IMG/VR virus record: IMGVR_UViG_3300045017_000165
Location: 20,701 to 84,700 of that record
Direction: 5' to 3' (one strand)
DNA length: 64,000 nucleotides
Origin: a virus
In this document: piece after piece, positions 19,401 to 27,831 of the stretch
Layout: the number at the start of each line of letters is the position of its first letter
Position numbering within the stretch: position 1 is the first letter of the stretch
The notes under the pieces: model-generated
The model's input: the letters and a program-made list of their open reading frames with translations, nothing else
The model's database searches: none
What the model was told of the DNA's origin: nothing
Position numbers and translations under genes: made by a program

Positions 19401-22400
19401 GTTGCACGGTGCCGGCGTTAATACTGTTAAACAAGGTAATAACGTCATTCTCGCACCGCTAACAGATGGTGCTGTTAAAAGACTTAGTCACGGTGAAATT
19501 AAAGAACCAGAGTTTCTTCATGGAAAAGACTTAAAAGAAAAGAAGGGTGGCTTTTTCGACCCTGCGCTTACTGGTGGTAAAGCCGGCAAGAACTACACCC
19601 ACATCGAGCTGAAGGAGTATCTGCCAAATCCAGTGTTTGAGCGCCCAATCAGATCACTCTTAAATTTAACCGCTGCCGATTACGCTGATATAGTGAGTGG
19701 CACTAAACATGTTAGTACTGAGGGTAAAGTCCTGACCACTTCCGCTAAAGGGACTCTTACTGGAGGCAACGCTATCCAGCATCTTCTATCAAAGATAGAC
19801 GTAGATAAAGAAATAGAAGCTACCACCAAAAAGCTTCCTTCTATGCGAGAAGGAAACGATCTTAACCAGTTGAGCAGAAAACTTCGGTATCTGCACGCGC
19901 TTAAGGAGCTCGATCTTAAACCTCAAGACGCGTATGTTAGAAAACTAATTCCCGTTGTTCCGCCTGAATTCCGACCCATTTATGAAACGGCTAAACGTGG
20001 TTTGCAGGTGGCGCCAGTAAATGTTCTCTACCAGAACGTTGGTATCCTAAACAAGTCTCAAGATCTCCCCGTAATGTCTTTACTCGAAGATTCTGAGAAG
20101 AAGGACTTACGTACCGAGCTTTACCACTCGACTAAGACACTCGCTGGTCTCGAAGAGATCATGCGCACAAAAGAACAGCCAATAAGAGGTTTCCTATCGC
20201 AGATCACTGGTGACACACCCAAAACCAGTTTCTTCCTCAACAAGGTCATCAATAAACGACAAGACCTAGTAGGTCGCGGCGTTATTACAGCATCTCCTGA
20301 TCTCCACATCGATCAGCTAGGTATACCCGAGAAGATGGCTTGGAAAATTTTTCATCCATTTATCATTAGAGAGTTCACTTCATCCGGTATTACTCCAGAC
20401 ATCGCGAGAAAAGAAATCGAAGAGAAAACTCCCCGAGCGAAACAGTTCCTTCAGACTGCGATGGACAAGAGAACCGTTCTAATGAATCGCGCGCCGTCAC
20501 TACACAAATTCTCTATAATGGCGTTCAAGCCGACCATCACTGATGGACTTGCTATTAAAGTGCCCCCGCTAGTTCTAAAGGGGTTTGGCGGAGACTTTGA
20601 CGGAGATTTTCAACAAAATCGCGTACTTGTTCATCTCACAGAAAAAGTTTTGCTTGAGATTGAGGAGGTACTTGGGCATAGTTACGCCAAGGAGCGCGAT
20701 GTGACCGCCAGATATAAAGAATCAGTGGTGTTAAAGAAGGGCGAAAAAGTTCTCGCTATCGATCTACAAGATTTTCCTGTCGGAGCGCTGGTAGCGACTC
20801 GTGAAGCCTCGAAAGGGCAAATAGATCTCTATGAAGCTATTCCTGGTACAAACGTTATTGCGTACGATGAGCAGAGCGGACGAATCGAGTTAAAGCCGGT
20901 GACCTATTGGTCCAAGCACTACGACCGCGAAGTAGAAATCGTTACTTTAGTGTCAGGGCGTCAAATCGTAACTGATGACGACCCCAGAGCCGTGTATGGA
21001 ATTCCAGCAGGATTTCTGTCACCTGCTAGGTTTACACCAGAACACGCCGTAGCTAAAACTGTATTAGTACCGCGTGCTATAAACATTAACCCCGTTGAGT
21101 CTATCGTAACCACGTATGTAGATCTCGAGACCGAGGAAGGGGACCTACTAGCTTTACCGCTCAACGAAAATCTTGGCTACCTGATAGGAGCCGCCGCAGG
21201 AGATGGCTGGAGTGACGACAGGCACTTCTGTCTGGCGTCAATTACTCCCGAAATTCCGGCTAAAGTTTTTGCCGCTCTAAAAGATCTCGGGCTAGTTAAA
21301 CCGGACAGTAAATTCTATAAGTCGGATCGTAAACAGGCTGGGCTGGGGGACGTTAGCTCCAAGTATTCGTGTGGCGGAGCTAGACTAGCCAAGTTCATTA
21401 AGCACAGCATCGGGCATCGAGCGAAGAATAAGCACTTACCCGAGTACTTTCTGGGTGCGAGCAGAGAGTTTAGAGAAGGGTTATTTGCTGGTTTGATGGA
21501 CACGGATGGGTCAATCTCGGTATCGAACGCAAAAGATAAAGTTTCACCGCAGTTGATGGCTAACTACAGCACTAATAGCCTTCGTTTAGCGAGAGAAATC
21601 CAGCTTCTCGCGCGAACGCTGGGGATTAGAGCTAGCATTACTGCGTCCAAAACTCCTGCGGGTAATCCATGTTGGATGATGAGCTTTTCAAACGTAGACA
21701 TCAAACAGTGGGATGGTAAGAGTATGCAACATCCCGGAAAACTAGCCAAGCTCGCTAGTATCCAAGAGATAAAGAAAACCGCCTCCACAGCTAAACTCGA
21801 TATCATACCCATCACCAAAGTGTTGGCTACGTTTATCGCTAAAACATTAGGAGCTCCAAGAACCGCTCCAACCGAACACAAAAGACTCTACGGAATTGCT
21901 AATCAGGCTGCTAAAGATGGATTCGTTTCAAGGCAGTCCATCGATGCTGTCATTGAAAAGATTTCACGCAAAGTCGTAGCCTCCCATCCCGACGGTCAAA
22001 GGTGGCTGGCACTACTAGACAATCGCGATGTCACGTGGGATCGCTGCGTATCTTTCGAGCGTACGGGTATCAAAGAAACCGGCTACGATCTCACAGTGCC
22101 AGGACACGAAACTTTCATGGCTGTCGACGGTGTCATCCTCTCTAACACAAGCACCATCCACGTGCCGACAAGCGACGAAGCCGTACGAGAATCTTTCAAG
22201 ATGCTCCCTTCACAAAATCTGTTTAAGCCCGGGACCGGGGAGTTGATGATTCAACCATCGCAAGAAAACGCGATCGGTCTTTATTTCCTTTCTCAGTCAA
22301 AGGAAGGGCGCGCCAGAATAAATGCGCTACTTCCCAAAGACCACCACATCTCAGCAGCTCTTGATAAGAAGGGGCTGGGTAGTCTCTTCAACAGTCTAGC

Positions 22401-24144
22401 TAAAACTCACACCAGACAATACGCCGACATTGTCCACAAACTTAAACAACTCGGCGATTCGGAAACCTACGCCAGAGGCTTTTCAGTTGGTGTAAAAGAC
22501 GTGGTTACCAGCACTGCGACAAGAGATAAGATTTTCGACATAGCAGAAAAGAAAGTGGCAGCACTCAAAAAAGCTAAGAAGCCGGGTCTAGAACTAGATC
22601 ACGAGATCGCAGGTATCTACACTTCAGCTGCTAAAGAGGCGTACGAACATACTAAACAAGATCTGAAGAAAAGCGATAATGCGTTCTACCATATGGTCAC
22701 CTCAGGAGCGCGTGGTAAGGACTCACAGCTACAACAGCTAGTCACTGCTCCAGGCATCGTGACCGACGCTAAAGATCGCCCAGTACCGATCCCACTAAAG
22801 CGTTCTTATGCCGAGGGTATTTCTACAAGTGATTACTTCGTTTCCTCTTACGGCGTTCGTAAGGGTATGATAGATAAATCACTTCAGACTTCGCAGCCCG
22901 GCGCCATGAACAAAAATATCATGGCGAATACCGTGGACAATATCATCACATCTCAAGACTGTGGAGTACGAAAGGGTATTGAACTACCGATCTCGAGTCA
23001 CGATGTTAACAACCGTTTCCTTGCTTCAGATCAGCACGGCTTCAAACGTAACACCCTAGTTACACCGCAGCTAATCTCGAACCTCACCAAACGTGGAGTA
23101 CGAACAGTACAGGTAAGAACTCCTCTGGAATGCATCGCTCCTAAAGGAACTTGCGCACACTGTTTCGGTCTTGATGAGCACGGTAAGGCCCCAGAACTCG
23201 GCGACAATATTGGCGCAAAAGCTGGTCAGGCACTATCCGAGCCTCTTACCCAATCCAGCATGAAAACCTTCCATACTGGCGGCGTAGCTGGTGAAGTTTC
23301 TATGCTCGGTGGATTTCCGCGCATTAAGCAGCTTCTCACAATGCCTAAGTATGTTGCTGGCGAAGCTCCACTAGCAAAGTTAGACGGCAAAGTGACGCAG
23401 ATTAAAACTACCACCAATGGTGCGCATGTAGTTATTGCGCCTCTCAGTAAAGAAGGAAAGCCTGAGATTCACCCGCTTCCACCCAACAGAAAAATAAAAG
23501 TTAAACTGGGGGATAAAGTGCAGGCGGGGGATCCTCTCACCCACGGGGTTCTTAACCCACAGGAAATCCTCAAGTACCGCGGAATGAAAGCCGCACAAAA
23601 TTACGTGGTGGATGAGCTAAAGAAAACTTACGACGAGATTTCGGGTGTCGGTAGGATGGAGCGAAGAGCCATCGAGACGCTTGTAAGATCGTTCGGCAAC
23701 TACACAAAAGTTAAAAGCGCTCCTAAGCAGGCTGACTTTAAACCAGGCGATATCATACCGTTCACTGTTGCAAATCACTACAACGAGACCCGTGCAGAGA
23801 CTTTACCAACCGCCGACTCAATGGGGTATAAACTCAGGTCTAGCGTTGGTAAACTCCCCCAATTCCATGAGATCGGGCACAAGGATATCGAATATTTGCA
23901 CGGGCTGGGCTACAATAAAGTGGACGTCGTAAAGGATCCCCTAATCCACACCCCGATAATGAAGGGCGTGGAAAGGCTCCCTAAAGAAAAGAAAGATTGG
24001 CTAGCTCAGCTTGGATACCAGCACATTAAGGACACATTATCCGAAGGTGCTGCGGAGGCTTGGAAATCAAGTCTTCAGGGCGAGCATCCAATCCCTGCTT
24101 ACGCATTTGGCGCCACGTTCGGTCAGAAAAAGGAGCACTACTAA
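16477..24144 (+). CDS. rpoBC: Multisubunit-type DNA-directed RNA polymerase, fused beta + beta', intein-containing
   Basis: beta motifs REVHPSH..DPVHTPEGENIG, DKLSGVHGNKG, PDVILNPHG; beta' motifs PVVPPEFRP, LMNRAPSLH, GDFDGD, SGARG, MKTFHTGG. Confidence 0.95.
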   Translation: MRTFHGSAQFDALKTTVTDAYKKLFPVYAKGQEGKSPSLHLKNIWVDDAELDPNNFTDQKKTKLAGRTWGAPVFADIELKDPSGHVIDKLDKIRISTIPRLTPRGSYLVQGSEYQIANQFRRKAGVYVLPMATGDQFKAVFNVLGEGSRNFEVHLDPKSNKYALKVGQGFMPLYPFLNALGAKDDDLKKAWGEEVFAANKVDPNKHVQKLAEKLTRVKTDNKQTAIEALHNFGKAAKLDPSITELTLGKSYAQLDQHAIIAASKKLKDVYHGVVEHDDPENILFKEVLSVEDMLHDKLTSKTQTDALKYSLSRKLGKRTKIKDIVDFRRLAGPVESFFTSDTRSSTPEQYNPIHMLSESQKVTLRGTGGITDPHTITSSVREVHPSHVGFVDPVHTPEGENIGVTMHLAAGAVKDGRAIRTPAVNVRTGKEELLTPKELYTKVVAFPDEANISDKGVQFKNKLVKAQRLGKMLEAEQHSVDYVIPSHTTMFSYATNLVPFLHSDQGNRIAMAAKHLSQAIPLVDRDAPNVQTEVAPGKSFHEVIGRQFAVHAPEDGVVTKVTSDFIEVGKHKIHLYNDFPLRQKTLLHHEPLVKVGDKVKKGQLIADSNFTKNGTLALGKNLKVAYLPYPGLTFDDGIVITESAAKKLSTVQVYKHAFEVEPGAKKTDLRMYSAYFPNVIGKDLHKKFDVDGVIKKGAVVNPGELVIAGLKYDLANPELATLKRINKSLARPWSNAGQHYSGEFPGVVTDVVKRADTVEVYIKAVEPARESDKLSGVHGNKGVITKVILDSEAPRTKDGKIPDVILNPHGIIGRINAGQIFESAAGKIAEKTGKTYVVKNFNGKNTGKEILKELEAHNIDDMEEMFLPNGKSMGKVHIGNPYILRLSKTGKTGFSARMPGSGYDPNQQPTKGGEEGSKALDLLTFYSMLSHGAKKNLADAHQKSEKNDEYWHAIEMGKPLPAPRQTYAFNKFISLLHGAGVNTVKQGNNVILAPLTDGAVKRLSHGEIKEPEFLHGKDLKEKKGGFFDPALTGGKAGKNYTHIELKEYLPNPVFERPIRSLLNLTAADYADIVSGTKHVSTEGKVLTTSAKGTLTGGNAIQHLLSKIDVDKEIEATTKKLPSMREGNDLNQLSRKLRYLHALKELDLKPQDAYVRKLIPVVPPEFRPIYETAKRGLQVAPVNVLYQNVGILNKSQDLPVMSLLEDSEKKDLRTELYHSTKTLAGLEEIMRTKEQPIRGFLSQITGDTPKTSFFLNKVINKRQDLVGRGVITASPDLHIDQLGIPEKMAWKIFHPFIIREFTSSGITPDIARKEIEEKTPRAKQFLQTAMDKRTVLMNRAPSLHKFSIMAFKPTITDGLAIKVPPLVLKGFGGDFDGDFQQNRVLVHLTEKVLLEIEEVLGHSYAKERDVTARYKESVVLKKGEKVLAIDLQDFPVGALVATREASKGQIDLYEAIPGTNVIAYDEQSGRIELKPVTYWSKHYDREVEIVTLVSGRQIVTDDDPRAVYGIPAGFLSPARFTPEHAVAKTVLVPRAININPVESIVTTYVDLETEEGDLLALPLNENLGYLIGAAAGDGWSDDRHFCLASITPEIPAKVFAALKDLGLVKPDSKFYKSDRKQAGLGDVSSKYSCGGARLAKFIKHSIGHRAKNKHLPEYFLGASREFREGLFAGLMDTDGSISVSNAKDKVSPQLMANYSTNSLRLAREIQLLARTLGIRASITASKTPAGNPCWMMSFSNVDIKQWDGKSMQHPGKLAKLASIQEIKKTASTAKLDIIPITKVLATFIAKTLGAPRTAPTEHKRLYGIANQAAKDGFVSRQSIDAVIEKISRKVVASHPDGQRWLALLDNRDVTWDRCVSFERTGIKETGYDLTVPGHETFMAVDGVILSNTSTIHVPTSDEAVRESFKMLPSQNLFKPGTGELMIQPSQENAIGLYFLSQSKEGRARINALLPKDHHISAALDKKGLGSLFNSLAKTHTRQYADIVHKLKQLGDSETYARGFSVGVKDVVTSTATRDKIFDIAEKKVAALKKAKKPGLELDHEIAGIYTSAAKEAYEHTKQDLKKSDNAFYHMVTSGARGKDSQLQQLVTAPGIVTDAKDRPVPIPLKRSYAEGISTSDYFVSSYGVRKGMIDKSLQTSQPGAMNKNIMANTVDNIITSQDCGVRKGIELPISSHDVNNRFLASDQHGFKRNTLVTPQLISNLTKRGVRTVQVRTPLECIAPKGTCAHCFGLDEHGKAPELGDNIGAKAGQALSEPLTQSSMKTFHTGGVAGEVSMLGGFPRIKQLLTMPKYVAGEAPLAKLDGKVTQIKTTTNGAHVVIAPLSKEGKPEIHPLPPNRKIKVKLGDKVQAGDPLTHGVLNPQEILKYRGMKAAQNYVVDELKKTYDEISGVGRMERRAIETLVRSFGNYTKVKSAPKQADFKPGDIIPFTVANHYNETRAETLPTADSMGYKLRSSVGKLPQFHEIGHKDIEYLHGLGYNKVDVVKDPLIHTPIMKGVERLPKEKKDWLAQLGYQHIKDTLSEGAAEAWKSSLQGEHPIPAYAFGATFGQKKEHY
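20608..22146 (+). mobile_element. Intein with LAGLIDADG homing endonuclease in RNAP beta' active site
   Basis: 513-aa insert between DFDGD and TSTIHVP; LGYLIGAAAGDG and LFAGLMDTDG; ends GYDLTVPGHETF...ILSN/T. Confidence 0.88.
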
Positions 24145-24638
24145 TGTTTAACTCAGGATTTGAAAAAACAGCACTTCAAGCCAAATTCATCGGTAAGGGT
24201 CTAGGTTATTCTGCTAAGGGAGCTCGCGCAGTGGGTCAGCACTTGAAACGCGTAGCTGCGGGTAAGACTGAGCTGCAGAAAAGTATCCGCGCCGGTAAAG
24301 AAGAAGTCATGCGCGCAGGCAAGAGTGAGCCTGGCGAGAAACTACTTCAGAAACATATCGAAAAATTCACCTCTGGCAAAAAACCACATGAGAAGCTAAT
24401 TCCTGGTGAAACAAAACGGAAGCTTCAAACTGTGCGCGGTCAGAAAGAATTTAAAGAAGCTTTTAGAGAAAAAGCTAAGCAGCGTCTAGAGAAGATGGAA
24501 GAGTCCAAGCCAACGTTCATGCATAAACACCCACTACTTACGGCTGGCGGTGCAGTGCTTGCCTACAAGTCGCTCTTTGGCGAAAAAGATTCTGAACAAA
24601 AACAATTTCCATCCATCACCTACCCACAGCAGTACTAA
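24144..24638 (+). CDS. Leader-bearing basic protein (MFNSGFEKTA)
   Basis: ATG overlaps RNAP stop (TAATG); RBS AAGGAG; start corrected from track. Confidence 0.75.
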   Translation: MFNSGFEKTALQAKFIGKGLGYSAKGARAVGQHLKRVAAGKTELQKSIRAGKEEVMRAGKSEPGEKLLQKHIEKFTSGKKPHEKLIPGETKRKLQTVRGQKEFKEAFREKAKQRLEKMEESKPTFMHKHPLLTAGGAVLAYKSLFGEKDSEQKQFPSITYPQQY

Positions 24639-24845
24639 ATGAGCTTCTCTTCAGGATTTATTAAGACTGCGGAGTTCTCCAACTACGACGTCATAGAGGG
24701 CGCTGCCCCCAATTCAGGTCTCGGGTACGATCCGAGACTTCATGCGGGATCAGTAGAGATGGATACTCAAATAGCTAAAAAAAGCTCCCCGAAGGGAACC
24801 GCGGCAAAGCGCCGCCAACTATCAAACAAAGAGAGCACCAAATAA
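24639..24845 (+). CDS. Leader-bearing small protein (MSFSSGFIKTA)
   Basis: Shared N-terminal motif. Confidence 0.7.
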   Translation: MSFSSGFIKTAEFSNYDVIEGAAPNSGLGYDPRLHAGSVEMDTQIAKKSSPKGTAAKRRQLSNKESTK

Positions 24846-24849
24846 ATAG

Positions 24850-25095
24850 TGCTCATCCGTGTTTGAAGAGCGGTACGGTTACCGTTGTACGTTGGTTTGC
24901 TTGATGAAAGAGAACGTTATCCAGTAATACTACCTGAACTTTATACGATCTCCGCCACCAATCAAACTTAAGCAAAGTGGCGACGCAACGTCGATCAGCA
25001 TGTTCAATTCAACTCATCATGAGTTCCGTATAAGTCCCTCGTGCGCTAGGTACAAGCAATTACCAATAAAGATTTAACTGAATAAATCTTTCTTC
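24850..25095 (-). ncRNA. Candidate structured non-coding RNA
   Basis: No ORF of 60 aa or more; lies directly downstream of conserved promoter 25103-25131; several hairpins. Confidence 0.35.
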
Positions 25096-25102
25096 TACTA
25101 TA

Positions 25103-25131
25103 CTTATACCCTAAAAACTCACGCTCTTGCC
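25103..25131 (-). promoter_or_regulatory. Conserved bipartite phage promoter motif
   Basis: GGCAAGAG-N13-GGTATAAG. Confidence 0.65.
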
Positions 25132-25317
25132 TAGCTGCTCTTTGCGTACTTTAACCCGTAAATCCAGCTCTTTTTTGTATCGCTTCGTATCTAGCGGAAT
25201 GTCGGTTGGAGAGGCGTGTTCGTCGCAAAATAGATGCCCCCAACTATTGATATTGGCAGCTTCCTTATCACACTGCTCGTATCTGGTTCCTTTTGAATAC
25301 TCACATTCACAGCGCAT
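25111..25317 (-). CDS. Small Cys/His (zinc-binding) protein
   Basis: CxC..C..FCDEH; RBS AGGAG. Confidence 0.6.
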   Translation of the reverse strand: MRCECEYSKGTRYEQCDKEAANINSWGHLFCDEHASPTDIPLDTKRYKKELDLRVKVRKEQLGKSVSF

Positions 25318-25341
25318 GCTTAGCTCCTAAAGATAAAAGAA

Positions 25342-25364
25342 TGAGCGCGATACTTCCGCGCTCA
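25342..25364 (-). terminator. Terminator-like hairpin after ssb
   Basis: TGAGCGCG/CGCGCTCA stem followed on minus by TTCTTTT. Confidence 0.55.
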
Positions 25365-25387
25365 CCCCTCAATTACACAGCCGTTAT

Positions 25388-25810
25388 TCAAAATGGAATG
25401 TCGACGGCATTGTAGTCGTCCGTATTACTTCCTGGACCGTTTGACTGATTACTCTGCGGAGCACCCTGCGACTGACCCTGCGGAGCAGAGCCGATGAACT
25501 GCACAACTGAAGCCACAATTTCAGTTGTGTACTTGGTCTGCCCTTCTTTGTCCTGCCACGACCTGGTTTGAAGTTTTCCCTCTACGTAGGCTTCACGACC
25601 TTTGGCTAGGTATTTACAACAGTTTTCAGCAAGCTTACCCCAAACAACAATACGATGCCATTCAGTGCGGTCCTGCTTTTGACCATTCTTATCCACCCAA
25701 CTTTCATTAGTAGCGACACTAAAATTAGCAACTGCAGATCCTCCTTGCGTATTGCTAGCTTTAGGATCCTGACCAAGTCTGCCTACAAGAATGACTTTAT
25801 TAACCGACAT
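25388..25810 (-). CDS. ssb: Single-stranded DNA-binding protein
   Basis: [41 protein letters not shown], acidic tip DIPF. Confidence 0.97.
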   Translation of the reverse strand: MSVNKVILVGRLGQDPKASNTQGGSAVANFSVATNESWVDKNGQKQDRTEWHRIVVWGKLAENCCKYLAKGREAYVEGKLQTRSWQDKEGQTKYTTEIVASVVQFIGSAPQGQSQGAPQSNQSNGPGSNTDDYNAVDIPF

Positions 25811-25856
25811 TTGAGTTACCTTTCATTTCGTTACTACTCGGACCACCCGAGTAGGA

Positions 25857-26036
25857 TCATTTTTTAGATTTACCATCGACTATACCTAAATAGCCAACGG
25901 TAGCCCCAATAACTAGTGCTGCTGTAATACTGAGCGGAATGCCCAACACCGCAGAAACACCCACTATAACACAACCAGTCATAACTATATTATTAGCTTT
26001 GCCTCGTCGTGCTTCACAGTTAGATTTGTTTTTCAT
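25857..26036 (-). CDS. Small membrane protein (not in ORF track)
   Basis: 59 aa MKNKSNCEARR...; two hydrophobic segments; RBS GGGGAG. Confidence 0.6.
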   Translation of the reverse strand: MKNKSNCEARRGKANNIVMTGCVIVGVSAVLGIPLSITAALVIGATVGYLGIVDGKSKK

Positions 26037-26057
26037 GAATCTAACTCCCCAGTCTCC

Positions 26058-26086
26058 CTTATATCGGCATATCCTGATTTTATGCC
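26058..26086 (-). promoter_or_regulatory. Conserved bipartite phage promoter motif
   Basis: GGCATAAA-N13-GATATAAG. Confidence 0.7.
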
Positions 26087-26113
26087 AAACAACAATGTTG
26101 GTACAATAACGTT

Positions 26114-27196
26114 ATGGCTAGAGAACTTAGTATTTACGAAGGTACGCTCGATGGCAGAAATGGACTTACCTGCCTGGGAAGAATCACAAACGTAGACGCT
26201 GACGCTCGTAGATGTCGCGTTAAGACTATCGGTCTTAAGGGTGCTACTGACGACTTAGATTTGTACAACGTTCAGTGGGTGTCTCTCACCGCACACGACC
26301 AAGGCGATGAGTGCACGTTTATCCCAAGAGCAGGGCAGTACGGAGTTGTGCTGTTCATAAACTCTGAGCCGTACATTACGGGCTTCTTTTCTACTCTACC
26401 CGCCGAACCCGGCGTAGTTAACTCCAATAAAGTGAAGCTAAAACCCGGTGACTGGATCGTCAAAACTATCGGTGAGAACAGAATAATCGTTAGAGGCGGT
26501 GGTTCTATTGAAGTCGAATCTAGTAAGATGTGCCACACTTACTGGCTTCCAGCTAGAAACCTAATCAGCAGCGTATGCAAGGAATATGAATTAGAGTGCG
26601 ACGGAGGGTTCTTCTTCTGGACTCGAGATAAAAAGACAGACGCAACCAAACTCGAATTCTTCGCTTACAACTCACTTAAACCTACCAATGCTTGCTCTGT
26701 TCAAATGGGTACCGGAGTAGGCGGAGAACTGCTTCGCGTTATCGCCGGCTCATGTGACGGAAAACCAGATATTCAAAACTCAGTGTTCAAACTACTGGTG
26801 CAGCCCACGGGAGACACCACTTTAGACGTCGGCAATGGTAAAGCGACGCTTTCGATTAAAGGCGCGACAGGTGATACGTCTCTGGTCACAAAAGGTAAAC
26901 TAACCATCACTACCACTGGGGATGCAGCGCTAACCTCCGCAGGAGCTTTGAAGCAAGTCGGAAAGACTGCTAGCGTTGAGGGTACCACCTCAGCGCAACT
27001 AAAGAGCAACAAGGTAGCCATTGGTAATAGCGGAACGGAGCTTCTAGATCAGATCGTGACAGCACTTAAAGCCATCGGGATGCTCACTCCACCAACCGCT
27101 GTAGGACCTACCGCCCCATTTCAATCCGCACCTCAGTGGTCACAAGTTCAGGCTGCTATAGGTAAGATCGAAAGCATCAAGGGTTCCATCTCATGA
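26114..27196 (+). CDS. Baseplate central spike (gpV/gp5 OB-fold + beta-helix) protein
   Basis: GRITNVD..RCRVK, FIPRAGQYGVVLF OB-fold pattern; Thr/Gly/Lys beta repeats; PTAVGPT tip. Confidence 0.65.
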   Translation: MARELSIYEGTLDGRNGLTCLGRITNVDADARRCRVKTIGLKGATDDLDLYNVQWVSLTAHDQGDECTFIPRAGQYGVVLFINSEPYITGFFSTLPAEPGVVNSNKVKLKPGDWIVKTIGENRIIVRGGGSIEVESSKMCHTYWLPARNLISSVCKEYELECDGGFFFWTRDKKTDATKLEFFAYNSLKPTNACSVQMGTGVGGELLRVIAGSCDGKPDIQNSVFKLLVQPTGDTTLDVGNGKATLSIKGATGDTSLVTKGKLTITTTGDAALTSAGALKQVGKTASVEGTTSAQLKSNKVAIGNSGTELLDQIVTALKAIGMLTPPTAVGPTAPFQSAPQWSQVQAAIGKIESIKGSIS

Positions 27197-27762
27197 GTCT
27201 TGATCCTCTATCCGACTGGAAGGCAGCTATTGACGCACTACCTGCAGCAAATTCCACCCCAGCTGGAACTCTCAACCTAGCTAATGCAATCTCGGAACTG
27301 GAAGATAAAGTGCAAGCCGGTTCAAAGGGTAGTCCTGGTATTCTAACTACAAACTCCTCCCTCTTCGCTGCAGGACTGGCGGCTATGGCGCCAACATCTG
27401 GTACTGGTTGGGTAGATACGATCGTAAGCGCATGGCAAGCCGCGCTTACCGCTAGCTCCATCACCCCTAGTACTGTTAATGATCCTACCACATGGGTAGC
27501 CTCATCAACCGATACTTTAACCCTAGCAGTCGTACCAGCTACTATCACTACTCTGAGCAGTGCCGTCAGCGAGCTGAGGTCCGAACTAATGGAATTGGCT
27601 GCGTCTTTTCAAGGGGGTGGAGATCCAGCCATACAGCAGAACGCCACCGAAAAATTTGCGGGAGCCTTCCGTAAAGCAGTGTTAAAATTCAAGTTTAATT
27701 GCATTGGTCTGGTGGTAGCTACTCCGCCGACTCCACTACTAGTAGCCATTGACGCGAAATAA
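27193..27762 (+). CDS. Putative spike-associated/baseplate protein
   Basis: 189 aa, Ala-rich, ATGA-coupled to spike gene. Confidence 0.5.
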   Translation: MSLDPLSDWKAAIDALPAANSTPAGTLNLANAISELEDKVQAGSKGSPGILTTNSSLFAAGLAAMAPTSGTGWVDTIVSAWQAALTASSITPSTVNDPTTWVASSTDTLTLAVVPATITTLSSAVSELRSELMELAASFQGGGDPAIQQNATEKFAGAFRKAVLKFKFNCIGLVVATPPTPLLVAIDAK

Positions 27763-27831
27763 ACGTCTATTTATTCAAATACAATAGTAGGATATTATTG
27801 GGTAGACATCACACGATGAGGAGACAACCAA

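Noticed and set aside
24060-24143. Upstream extensions of track ORFs (24060, 44764, 54469, 56796, 58955, 51521, 60023)
   Set aside because: Mostly overlap neighbouring genes; internal ATGs with RBS and/or the shared leader are better starts
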